In this document: positions 1 to 8,353 of the stretch, in pieces
Layout: each line of letters opens with the position of its first letter
How positions within the stretch are numbered: position 1 is the first letter of the stretch
Source: an uncultured bacterium
Lineage (GTDB): Bacteria > Zixibacteria > MSB-5A5 > UBA10806
DNA length: 64,000 nucleotides
Assembly (NCBI GenBank): GCA_965541585.1
Contig: CBEUCH010000002.1
Span: forward strand, 96,001-160,000
Direction: 5' to 3'
Made by a program: the position numbers and the translations under genes
Notes under the pieces: generated by a model
Seen by the model: only the letters and a program-made list of their open reading frames with translations
What the model was told of the DNA's origin: nothing
The model's database searches: none

Positions 1-114
1 AAGGAGATTCCGACGTCGAAGGCGTTTCCTTCTACTTTATGGGAGGGGACGAAAACAAATGCGGGGAGCAGAGGGTTTTATGCGATGGTTGATGTATGGG
101 GGGTACGCTAACCA

Positions 115-873
115 CTATATTAGTCTCACTATTTCAGAAATTAATACATCGAGGTCATTTGAAAAATCTACTTGAGTTTCATTCGGGAGGGATTCCTTCT
201 TACGTATTTGTGTATGTAAGTAAGTATCAGCGATCTTTCTAGAGGATTCATTCAGTCTCTTCATGGAATCCTTAAAGCTCCTTGTACCGGCATAATTATT
301 GGATACCTCAGCAAAAGACCTGTATCCAAATATTGGAGGGACATGATCCAAGACAGCACGAAGAAGGCTAATAACAGCAATGTAGCTCTTTGAAGCATGA
401 CAGCTATTTAATTCGTCGAGTAACTCCACAAGCCGCGCAAAATCGTATTTCGTGCTATGCAGCGTCTTGATAGACTCAAGACGTTGCAGATTAACATAAG
501 AATGTACGCCGTGCTTCAAAGGTTCATCTGAACTTACCGTAGACGTACTGACATAATCTGTCAATTCGAAATCGTGCTCAACGATTGGGAGTTTGTCGGT
601 AGGAATTAGCCAACAATCCTTGCCATTTTTAGCTGTCCTTCTATTTCGTGACAATTGGTATCGAAGCTTGGTGACGTTTGGCCTTCGCAAACCGGCCGTC
701 TCAAAGTCTTTTTTAATATCTTGAAAGGTTATGTTCTTTTTACCTTGCTGCACGTGATGGTACCACATGAAGCAGACTGCCCTGTCGATGGTTTTCTCGA
801 CGTAGATGGCAACCGATTTCGCGAATCCTTCAAACTGTTTTTCACTTTCATATGGCATTGATGATTGCCTCAA
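115..873 (-). CDS. Hypothetical protein: N-terminal winged-helix-like region and C-terminal helical HEPN/Abi-like domain
   Basis: 252-aa ORF in an AT-rich block. The C-terminal half has 'AVISLLRAVLDH...SRKIADTYLH...LDVLISEI', an Arg...His arrangement reminiscent of HEPN folds. The domain call is tentative. Confidence 0.6.
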   Translation of the reverse strand: MRQSSMPYESEKQFEGFAKSVAIYVEKTIDRAVCFMWYHHVQQGKKNITFQDIKKDFETAGLRRPNVTKLRYQLSRNRRTAKNGKDCWLIPTDKLPIVEHDFELTDYVSTSTVSSDEPLKHGVHSYVNLQRLESIKTLHSTKYDFARLVELLDELNSCHASKSYIAVISLLRAVLDHVPPIFGYRSFAEVSNNYAGTRSFKDSMKRLNESSRKIADTYLHTQIRKKESLPNETQVDFSNDLDVLISEIVRLI

Positions 874-1061
874 AACGAATGACTCTTTTGCGGATCAATT
901 TGTACAAGTTTGGCCTTCCCTTCCGGCGCATGGAATGTGAATCATCATATTTGAGCAGGAATTTTGCTTCGGTCGCCGCTGTGTCAGAAATAGTAGCATT
1001 GCCATCAATCGGAAAAGTAACTATTGATAGGTCCCGCCTGGACAGACAATAGCATTTTGTA

Positions 1062-1472
1062 TCATTTGTTTTCACCAAGTACGTTCCGCCATTCGTCCGT
1101 TAAGTAATAGAGACCTGTGCCTCTTGAATTAACCCATCCATTATTCTTAGCTTTACTCGAATATTTGCGATTGAATGCACCGAGAAAATCCTTTGCCTTC
1201 ATCTTATTCCATAAAGCTTCAATATCCCTTAATGCTACATCGCAGCCAATCTTCCCTTTTGATAAGAATGCAATCAATATTGTAAATTTCTTCGGGCCGC
1301 TCTTACCTTTAGCGTATCTTAATGCAAAAGCCCTTTCATTTAATGAGTAATTGATGCCATTATTTTTGGTTTTTTGACGTGCCTTCGTTTTAACATCATC
1401 TCTTTCGCGGAAAACCTCTTTTTCTAATCGTTCTAGCCGTTTGATGATGGATTTAATTTGACTGTCAGACAT
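1062..1472 (-). CDS. Small basic hypothetical protein, coiled-coil N-terminus and probable winged-helix C-terminus
   Basis: GAGGAGG SD upstream, and a wing-like ending 'AKNNGWV...GLYYLT'. Confidence 0.65.
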   Translation of the reverse strand: MSDSQIKSIIKRLERLEKEVFRERDDVKTKARQKTKNNGINYSLNERAFALRYAKGKSGPKKFTILIAFLSKGKIGCDVALRDIEALWNKMKAKDFLGAFNRKYSSKAKNNGWVNSRGTGLYYLTDEWRNVLGENK

Positions 1473-1488
1473 AGATCCTCCTCGGACT

Positions 1489-1833
1489 CTATTTTCTTAA
1501 AACATACTCCCATTTTTTGCTTTTGGGATTTTTTATTCTGGTCATTACCCTGCGCCTCGTTAAGTTTAGCAAGTTCATTGAAATGAGTGATCTTGTATAA
1601 AACCGGCCCATTTCTCCCATTTTTTGCATGATTAACACTATATCTTTGGGAGCATCAAAGTACCCTTCCTCAATTAGAATATCTATTGCGCCTGTTGCCC
1701 CCTTTGCATTTTTCTTGACAGCTTTTTTTTGACGTGCCGTATCGGGCAAGCTCAGACCCTTGGAAATAACGACCATTTCATCCAGCAGTCTCCTCATTTC
1801 TACGGCCAATTCTTCAATGCGATTCTTCTTCAT
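1489..1833 (-). CDS. Small basic hypothetical protein, probable winged-helix domain
   Basis: AAGGAGG SD. The 'ILIEEGYFDAPKD...LLNLTRRRVMTR...WEYV' pattern is typical of small wHTH proteins. Confidence 0.65.
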   Translation of the reverse strand: MKKNRIEELAVEMRRLLDEMVVISKGLSLPDTARQKKAVKKNAKGATGAIDILIEEGYFDAPKDIVLIMQKMGEMGRFYTRSLISMNLLNLTRRRVMTRIKNPKSKKWEYVLRK

Positions 1834-1862
1834 TTACTCGCCTCCTTAATTTAAAGGATGAA

Positions 1863-1891
1863 ATAATAGTGATATCGAAAATAAAAGTCAA
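1863..1891 (-). promoter_or_regulatory. Sigma70-type promoter for the 1833-115 gene cluster
   Basis: TTGACT-N17-TATTAT on the minus strand. Confidence 0.5.
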
Positions 1892-2303
1892 GCATTATTT
1901 TCGATTTCTGGGGCATTTTTTCCCCTCCCTCATTTAACGCACACAGAAAACTCAGTAAGAAATTAAATTACATTATTGGAATAAATATATAAATAACTTT
2001 AACCCTTTTATATTCAATCGCTTATACCATCACTAAAAGTGCTTTTTACTTATATTATTCTATGAATACGAGAATTAGCCCTTCAGATTCGTTAAATCCT
2101 CTGTCACAGGAAGGTTTCTACAAAGACGATTCGCTCACCGTACAGCGAGTCACCCTAAGCGGCAGTGCCCGTCAAGGATTTCAATCGCTGGGTGCCGCCC
2201 TCAAACTTGTTTGGGGATGTCTTATCAGTTCGTTCAATCCCAAACGAGTTCGCCGGTGAGTCACGCCTTGGCGTGCCGGCCGACCCCCCCCCCCCCAAAA
2301 CTA

Positions 2304-2332
2304 TTGACAGGGGCATGCGGCATCCATATCTT
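2304..2332 (+). promoter_or_regulatory. Sigma70-type promoter of the pdxS operon
   Basis: TTGACA-N17-TATCTT. Confidence 0.6.
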
Positions 2333-2406
2333 GCTTCATGGACGTGGGGGCTCTATTAAGTTAGTGGGGCTCTTGCAGATTTCATAGTTACCAAGAGGGG
2401 TTGATT

Positions 2407-3285
2407 ATGAATAAAGATAAAGACTTCAAGGTAAAGGTCGGGCTGGCGGAGATGCTCAAAGGCGGCGTCATCATGGATGTCACCAACGCCGAGCAGGCCG
2501 AGATCGCGGAGGAAGCGGGCGCCTGTGCCGTCATGGCCCTGGAGAAGGTCCCGGCCGATATCCGTGCCGAGGGCGGCGTGGCCCGGATGGCCGATCCGCT
2601 CAAGATCGAGGAGATCAAAAAGAAGGTCTCCTTACCCGTCATGGCCAAATGCCGTATCGGGCATTTCGCCGAGGCCCAGGTGCTGGAGGCGCTGGAGGTC
2701 GATTTTATCGACGAGTCCGAGGTCCTCACCCCCGCCGATGAGGCACACCATATAGACAAGCAAAAGTTCAAAATCCCCTTCGTCTGCGGCTGTCGCAATC
2801 TGGGAGAGGCGCTGCGCAGGATCGGCGAGGGCGCGGCTCTCATTCGCACCAAGGGCGAGGCCGGATCGGGCAATATTGTGGAGGCGGTGCGTCATATGAG
2901 GATGGTCACCGGCTCCATCAGGCGGATCACCACCCTCGATGACGAGCAGTTGATGACCGAGGCCAAGAACCTCGGCGTGCCTTACGATCTGGTCTGCTAT
3001 CTGAAAGAACATGGCAAATTGCCGGTGCCGAATTTTGCCGCCGGTGGTATCGCCACCCCTGCCGACGCGGCACTGATGATGCTTCTGGGGGCGGAGGCGG
3101 TATTCGTCGGCTCCGGGATCTTCAAATCGTCCGACCCGATAGTCCGCGGCAAAGCCATCGTCCTGGCCACCACTCATTATAAGGATCCTAAGATTGTGGC
3201 CGAGGCATCGAAATCTCTCGGGGAGGCCATGAAAGGCCTCGATATCAGCCAGATCCCCGAGGATCAACTCCTTCAAACCAGGTAA
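2407..3285 (+). CDS. pdxS: Pyridoxal 5'-phosphate synthase lyase subunit
   Basis: Motifs [31 protein letters not shown] and [17 protein letters not shown] at 2407 follows AGAGGGG; alternative TTG start at 2401. Confidence 0.97.
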   Translation: MNKDKDFKVKVGLAEMLKGGVIMDVTNAEQAEIAEEAGACAVMALEKVPADIRAEGGVARMADPLKIEEIKKKVSLPVMAKCRIGHFAEAQVLEALEVDFIDESEVLTPADEAHHIDKQKFKIPFVCGCRNLGEALRRIGEGAALIRTKGEAGSGNIVEAVRHMRMVTGSIRRITTLDDEQLMTEAKNLGVPYDLVCYLKEHGKLPVPNFAAGGIATPADAALMMLLGAEAVFVGSGIFKSSDPIVRGKAIVLATTHYKDPKIVAEASKSLGEAMKGLDISQIPEDQLLQTR

Positions 3286-3291
3286 CCTGCA

Positions 3292-3852
3292 GTGATAGAT
3301 AAAGTTGTTGGTGTCCTGGCGATCCAGGGCGATTTTCAAGCACATATAGCCGCGCTCGAAAGAATCGGCATCGATTATAAAGAGATTCGAACAGGCAATG
3401 ATCTTGTCGGTATAACGCATCTGATCGTTCCCGGCGGGGAATCGACCACTATACGAAAGATATCTAAGTCGAACGGACTCTGGGAGAAGCTGGCCCGGTT
3501 TGATGGCCCCGTCATGGGAACCTGCATGGGTTCTGTCATCATGGCGCAGGAGATCGAGGCACCAAAGGATGATGCCCTGGGTTTATTAGATATGACTGTC
3601 AGGCGCAATGCTTACGGCCGCCAGATAAATTCGTTCGCCGCCGATGGCAGGATAAAATTTTTGGAGGAACCGTTCGAGATGGTATTCATCAGGGCTCCGA
3701 AAATAACAAGAATGGGAAAAGATGTTGAACCGATAGCCTGGCTGGGTGATGATATTACCGGCGTTATGGCCGGCAACAAGATAGCCTTTACATTTCACCC
3801 CGAGTTATCGGACAGCGTCAGAATACATGAGTTTTTCACAGGTTTAGAGTAG
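3292..3852 (+). CDS. pdxT: PLP synthase glutaminase subunit
   Basis: GVLAIQG, PGGESTT, GTCMG, RNAYGRQ, FIRAP and FHPE; directly follows pdxS. Confidence 0.96.
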   Translation: MIDKVVGVLAIQGDFQAHIAALERIGIDYKEIRTGNDLVGITHLIVPGGESTTIRKISKSNGLWEKLARFDGPVMGTCMGSVIMAQEIEAPKDDALGLLDMTVRRNAYGRQINSFAADGRIKFLEEPFEMVFIRAPKITRMGKDVEPIAWLGDDITGVMAGNKIAFTFHPELSDSVRIHEFFTGLE

Positions 3853-3868
3853 CTTTTGCCGGCGCTTT

Positions 3869-4798
3869 ATGACATCAGAAAAGACAACTATGAACATCTA
3901 TCTTGCCAAAGCCCGCGGATTCTGTATGGGAGTGGAGAGATCGATCAGCATGGCTAAGGATGCCCGCGAGAAGTTAAATGGTGAAATTACAATTTTAAAT
4001 GAGATCGTGCATAACAATTCGGTCGTCGCGGATCTCGATAATATGGGGATCAGCCGCACCAGGGACCTTGAAAAGGTGAGGTCGGGAACCCTGATAATTT
4101 CCGCCCACGGAGTTGCACCGTCGGTGGTACAGAGCGCAAAAGATAGAGAATTAGATGTTATAGATTCCACCTGCCCGCTGGTGACCGTGCTGCACAAGGC
4201 GGCTGGTTATTTCATCAAAAGAGATTACACTGTAATCGTTTTCGGCGATCCGGATCACGATGAGATGAAAGGAGTCAAAGGGCATAATCCGGAGAAGATC
4301 ATCGTATTGGAGAAGATTGCATCGCTTAAAGACCTGCCGGATATCGACGGTAAGGTGGCTTTGATTTCCCAAAGCACTCAATCGATGGGGCTATTCGAAA
4401 AGGCGGCTGAACTGGTAAGGCAAAAATATAAAGAGGTCAGGATAAAAAATACTATTTGTGATGCCACACGTAAGCATCAGACGGCGGTTGTGGATTTAGC
4501 CTCGAGAACGGATCTAGTGATAGTGGTCGGATCCCAGACCTCGGCTAATTCCCGGAGGCTGGCACAGATTTCCAAACGATTAGGCACTCTTGCCTATTTG
4601 ATCGATGATTACTCGGAGATTGATCCCGTATGGCTGAAAGGAGTAAAAGACATCGGTGTAACCGCCGGGGCCTCTACTCCCGACTGGGCCATTAAAAGGG
4701 TGTTGGATCGCGTCAGGGAACTGGCTTTATTGAATGGCAATGCTGAAGTGAACATCTTCGATGAGAGATCTAACGAGTCTATAAGAAATGAAAAATAG
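3869..4798 (+). CDS. ispH: 4-hydroxy-3-methylbut-2-enyl diphosphate reductase
   Basis: GFCMGV, IVHN, SAHG, DSTCP, NTICDAT, SANS and TAGASTP; alternative start at 3890. Confidence 0.96.
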   Translation: MTSEKTTMNIYLAKARGFCMGVERSISMAKDAREKLNGEITILNEIVHNNSVVADLDNMGISRTRDLEKVRSGTLIISAHGVAPSVVQSAKDRELDVIDSTCPLVTVLHKAAGYFIKRDYTVIVFGDPDHDEMKGVKGHNPEKIIVLEKIASLKDLPDIDGKVALISQSTQSMGLFEKAAELVRQKYKEVRIKNTICDATRKHQTAVVDLASRTDLVIVVGSQTSANSRRLAQISKRLGTLAYLIDDYSEIDPVWLKGVKDIGVTAGASTPDWAIKRVLDRVRELALLNGNAEVNIFDERSNESIRNEK

Positions 4799-5852
4799 AC
4801 GGAAAACACGGACGGTCGGGATCGGCAAGATCGTTATCGGCGGCGACAACCCGATAGCGGTGCAGACGATGGTCAACACGCCACCCGATCAGGTGGAGAA
4901 GACCGTAGCGGAAATCAACCGGGCTGCCTCATGCGGGGCGGAGATTGTCAGAGTTGCGGTGCCGGATCGCCGGGCGTCTGAGTCACTCGCCGATATAAAG
5001 AAAGGTACCGATGTTCCCCTGGTAGCCGACATTCACTTCAATTACCGTTTCGCACTCGTAGCGGCCGATGCCGGATTCAACAAACTGCGCATTAATCCGG
5101 GCAATATCGGCGGGGACGATAAAGTGCGGGCGGTCGTGGATAAAGCCGGCGAGAAAGGGATACCGATCAGGATTGGGGTCAATCACGGCTCGGTGGAGAG
5201 GGAGCTCATTGACAAGCATGGCGGCCCGAAGCCGGAGGCCATGGTCGAATCGGCCATGCGACACGTGGAGCTATTGGAAAAGCACAATTTCCAAGATATT
5301 GTAATCTCGATAAAAGCCTCATCGCCGGTGGAGACTATCAAATGCTATAAGATGGTGGCGGACCGCTGCGATTATCCTCTGCACCTGGGAGTAACGGAAG
5401 CAGGAACGGAGTTCGTCGGATCTATCAGGACGGCAGTGGCTCTTGGCCATCTGCTTCACCAGGGGATCGGCGACACCCTCAGAGTCTCCCTCTCAGCCGA
5501 TATTGAAAAAGAAATAAAGGCCGGCTGGGCCATATTGCAGGCGCTCGGCCTGCGTCGCAGAGGATTGGAACTGGTTAGCTGTCCATCCTGCGGCCGTACC
5601 GAGACAGATGTTTACGAGTTGGCGGCCAGGGTAGAGAAAGCTCTCGAAACAACAGCCAAAGATATCAAGGTCGCGGTTATGGGATGTGTGGTCAACGGTC
5701 CGGGGGAGGCTGCAGACGCTGATATCGGGGTCATCGGCGGTAAGGGCCGGCTGATGCTGACACGCCGTGGGGAGGTTATCGGTAGATATGATGAATCAGA
5801 GATATTTGATGCTTTGATGAAGGAAATTGAGGCAATAGATTCTATTTCATGA
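4788..5852 (+). CDS. ispG: (E)-4-hydroxy-3-methylbut-2-enyl diphosphate synthase
   Basis: LVADIHF, RINPGN, IRIGVNHGS, PLHLGVTEAG, SCPSCGR and MGCVVNGPGE. Confidence 0.97.
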   Translation: MKNRRKTRTVGIGKIVIGGDNPIAVQTMVNTPPDQVEKTVAEINRAASCGAEIVRVAVPDRRASESLADIKKGTDVPLVADIHFNYRFALVAADAGFNKLRINPGNIGGDDKVRAVVDKAGEKGIPIRIGVNHGSVERELIDKHGGPKPEAMVESAMRHVELLEKHNFQDIVISIKASSPVETIKCYKMVADRCDYPLHLGVTEAGTEFVGSIRTAVALGHLLHQGIGDTLRVSLSADIEKEIKAGWAILQALGLRRRGLELVSCPSCGRTETDVYELAARVEKALETTAKDIKVAVMGCVVNGPGEAADADIGVIGGKGRLMLTRRGEVIGRYDESEIFDALMKEIEAIDSIS

Positions 5853-6016
5853 TAGATTTTGACCGGGACGATATCAATATGCATCTGATGAAATGTTTCA
5901 GGCGGGAACCCGCCGGGGTATGCGCAGGTTTGTTGATTTAGGTTATTTAGAATCTTTAAACTATTTAACAAGGAAGGTTTAGAATGCATTTCAGGAATCC
6001 GATTCATCCGGGGATT

Positions 6017-6487
6017 ATGCGCAAAACGTTTCTATCATTATTGGTTATGGTTTTCGCTGGAGTTTCGGCGATATCTGCGCAGGAGCATCCAACCGAGCAT
6101 CCGTCTGAGCATGAAGCCGAGCATCCAACATCGGAGAGAGAGGCCCTTACGAAAGAATCTTTAGCTGATGCCATCATCGATTATGTTAACAAGGAATCTA
6201 ATCTAAAGGGCGGATATTTCCTCTTTTTCGATGGGAAACAGGGCAAGCCGCTGGCCTTGACACTGGATAAAGTGCACAAGGAGAGGCTGGCCACGTTGGG
6301 CGACGGCGTTTATTTCGCATGCGCCGACTTTAAGGCCACTGACGACGATATGTACGATCTGGATATTTTTATGAAAGAGGATGAGCACGGCCTTGATGTC
6401 ACCGAAATCAACCTTCATAAGAAAAACGGCAAAGCGCGCTATACATGGGTTGAGAAAGACGGGATCTGGTCTAAGAAAAAGAAGTGA
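6017..6487 (+). CDS. Secreted protein with N-terminal EHP (His/Glu/Pro) repeats
   Basis: Signal peptide MRKTFL...AISA, followed by QEHPTEHPSEHEAEHPT. Confidence 0.75.
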   Translation: MRKTFLSLLVMVFAGVSAISAQEHPTEHPSEHEAEHPTSEREALTKESLADAIIDYVNKESNLKGGYFLFFDGKQGKPLALTLDKVHKERLATLGDGVYFACADFKATDDDMYDLDIFMKEDEHGLDVTEINLHKKNGKARYTWVEKDGIWSKKKK

Positions 6488-6647
6488 TCGCCTGAAATAA
6501 ACCAGATAATTTAGCATTAAACGGGAACGGGACGGGTTATGGGGTGTCTGCCTTATATGCAGCATTGAGAATAATCGACATCGCAGGATATCGCAGTCTG
6601 CAATTTCCAGGCCCAACTTCATCCGTTGTCAGTGACAGGAGATTGAA

Positions 6648-7136
6648 ATGATAAGTGAGAAAATGCAGCAGGCTATCAGCGATCAGGTCACCGCCGAATT
6701 CTACTCATCGTATTTGTATCTTGCCATGTCGGCCTGGTGCGAGACTCAGAACTTTAAAGGTTTCGCGCGCTGGATGAGAATGCAATCGGAAGAGGAAAAA
6801 GAGCATGCCTTTAAGCTATTCGATTACCTGGTGAATCGTGGCGGCAGCGTAACGCTGGGTGTGCTGGATGCTCCGCCCGGGGATTTCGATTCGGTCCAGG
6901 ATGTTTTTGAAAAGACGCTGGCGCACGAGAAAGGGGTGACGGCCGGAATTCATAAGCTCAACGAGCTGGCAATAAAGGAAAAAGATTACGCCACGATCGC
7001 GCATCTGCAGTGGTTCATCACCGAGCAGGTGGAAGAGGAAGCCAGCGCCGATGAAATTCTAAACCAGATAAAAATGGTCGAAGGCAGGCCCGGATCACTA
7101 TTCTATATCGACAGACATGTGGGCAAAAGGCAATAG
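6648..7136 (+). CDS. ftnA: Non-heme ferritin
   Basis: EFYSSYLY, EEKEHA, HEKGVT and LQWFITEQVEEE ferroxidase motifs; AGGAG SD. Confidence 0.93.
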   Translation: MISEKMQQAISDQVTAEFYSSYLYLAMSAWCETQNFKGFARWMRMQSEEEKEHAFKLFDYLVNRGGSVTLGVLDAPPGDFDSVQDVFEKTLAHEKGVTAGIHKLNELAIKEKDYATIAHLQWFITEQVEEEASADEILNQIKMVEGRPGSLFYIDRHVGKRQ

Positions 7137-7153
7137 CGTTGTTCATAATTATC

Positions 7154-7183
7154 GTGCGGGCAGTACCCGAATGTTGCCCGCAC
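7154..7183 (+). terminator. Stem-loop after ferritin
   Basis: gtgcgggca...tgcccgcac inverted repeat with a weak U-tail. Confidence 0.5.
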
Positions 7184-7413
7184 CCTTATCAATTGCGTAA
7201 AAATGATAACGGCGATTTTTTAAGAAAGGAGGAATACGGAAAACGTTTTCCAATATAGACCGCGGCTGTCCGGGCTGAGAAGTAGACCATCGCTCATATT
7301 GAGGCTCTCGGCATCCCTAAAGATCATTTGAAAAGAATATCTATTAGCCGCGAAGATAATTTTCTAGAATGGAATATCGATCTATTAACGAAATCTGAAG
7401 GAAGGTATCTATC

Positions 7414-8067
7414 ATGAGTTTATTATCAAGAGACGGTCATAGAGAGAGGGTTATGGTATTTATCGACGGCAACAATCTTTATCATAGCCTGAAGCACGTC
7501 AGGGGAAGAACCAATTTGGATTTCCATGAATTTTCGAAACGGTTGGTTCAGGGCAGGCAGCTGATCCGCGTTTACTACTACAATGCGCCTCTCAACAGGG
7601 AGGACGACGAGGAAAAATATCGTCAACAGCAAGCCTTCTTCGATTCGCTCGATACAGTTCCCTATTTGAGCAAGAAATTCGGCCGTCTGGAGAAAAGACT
7701 GGTCAAGCAAACCCTGCCCGACGGAACCTTTGTTTCGGTCCCGACATACGTGGAAAAGGGCGTCGACACCTTTATAGTTATCGATATGCTCTCCCACGCT
7801 TATAAGGATAACTATGACACTGCTATTCTGGTATCGGGCGATGAGGATTTTGCGATACTGGTTGATAATATCAAAGACTTCGGCAAGCATGTGGAGGTGG
7901 CCAACCTCGGAGGATCCTACATATTGAGGCAGGCGGCGGATAAGTACGTGTTGATCGATAAGGAACTGCTGGATGGTATCCAGCAACCGGATAGAAGCGA
8001 AAGGTCGGAGTACGGCTCGACGGACGGCTCTCAAACGGGCGACAGGTCGGAGAGGTATCAGGAATAA
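7414..8067 (+). CDS. NYN-domain (LabA/DUF88, PIN-like) protein
   Basis: VFIDGNN, EKGVD and LVSGDEDF acidic motifs. Confidence 0.9.
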   Translation: MSLLSRDGHRERVMVFIDGNNLYHSLKHVRGRTNLDFHEFSKRLVQGRQLIRVYYYNAPLNREDDEEKYRQQQAFFDSLDTVPYLSKKFGRLEKRLVKQTLPDGTFVSVPTYVEKGVDTFIVIDMLSHAYKDNYDTAILVSGDEDFAILVDNIKDFGKHVEVANLGGSYILRQAADKYVLIDKELLDGIQQPDRSERSEYGSTDGSQTGDRSERYQE

Positions 8068-8284
8068 TCAGTTATCCGGCCGTTCGAATCGGCCTAAGAG
8101 CGTACAAACGATAAGGTGGTCAACCGCAAATTGCTGTCGATGCGATCAGCGTTGAAACCGATGAGGAAATGAAGACCAACGCCCTGCGGATTGCAAAGCC
8201 GGCGGCCGCAGCAAAGAATGCAGATATCATGTTCGGGTGACTCACCGGGCTTTCATGTTTCGCCGGATTTCTTTTCGTGGGTAT

Positions 8285-8312
8285 AAAAAGGGGACCGGCC
8301 GGAACCGGTCCC
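8285..8312 (-). terminator. Intrinsic terminator of the S8 peptidase gene
   Basis: gggaccgg-loop-ccggtccc followed by a T-run on the minus strand. Confidence 0.65.
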
Positions 8313-8353
8313 GATGTCAAGTCTATCTTAAACTTATCCTGTGGCTCGAATAT

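Noticed and set aside
848..1078. 76-aa ORF as a real gene
   Set aside because: It has no credible SD or start and overlaps both neighbours. It is mentioned only as a possible remnant.
3250..3285. PdxS truncation (ends QTR rather than RGW)
   Set aside because: Only about two terminal residues differ and all catalytic motifs are intact.
7262..7330. GCTGAGA as part of a TPP riboswitch
   Set aside because: The downstream ACCTGA...TAATGCC...GCG elements are absent, and the next gene is an NYN protein.
7226..7331. Strong AAGGAGG followed by a 31-codon frame starting at ACG
   Set aside because: There is no canonical start or recognisable product; at most a decayed gene start.
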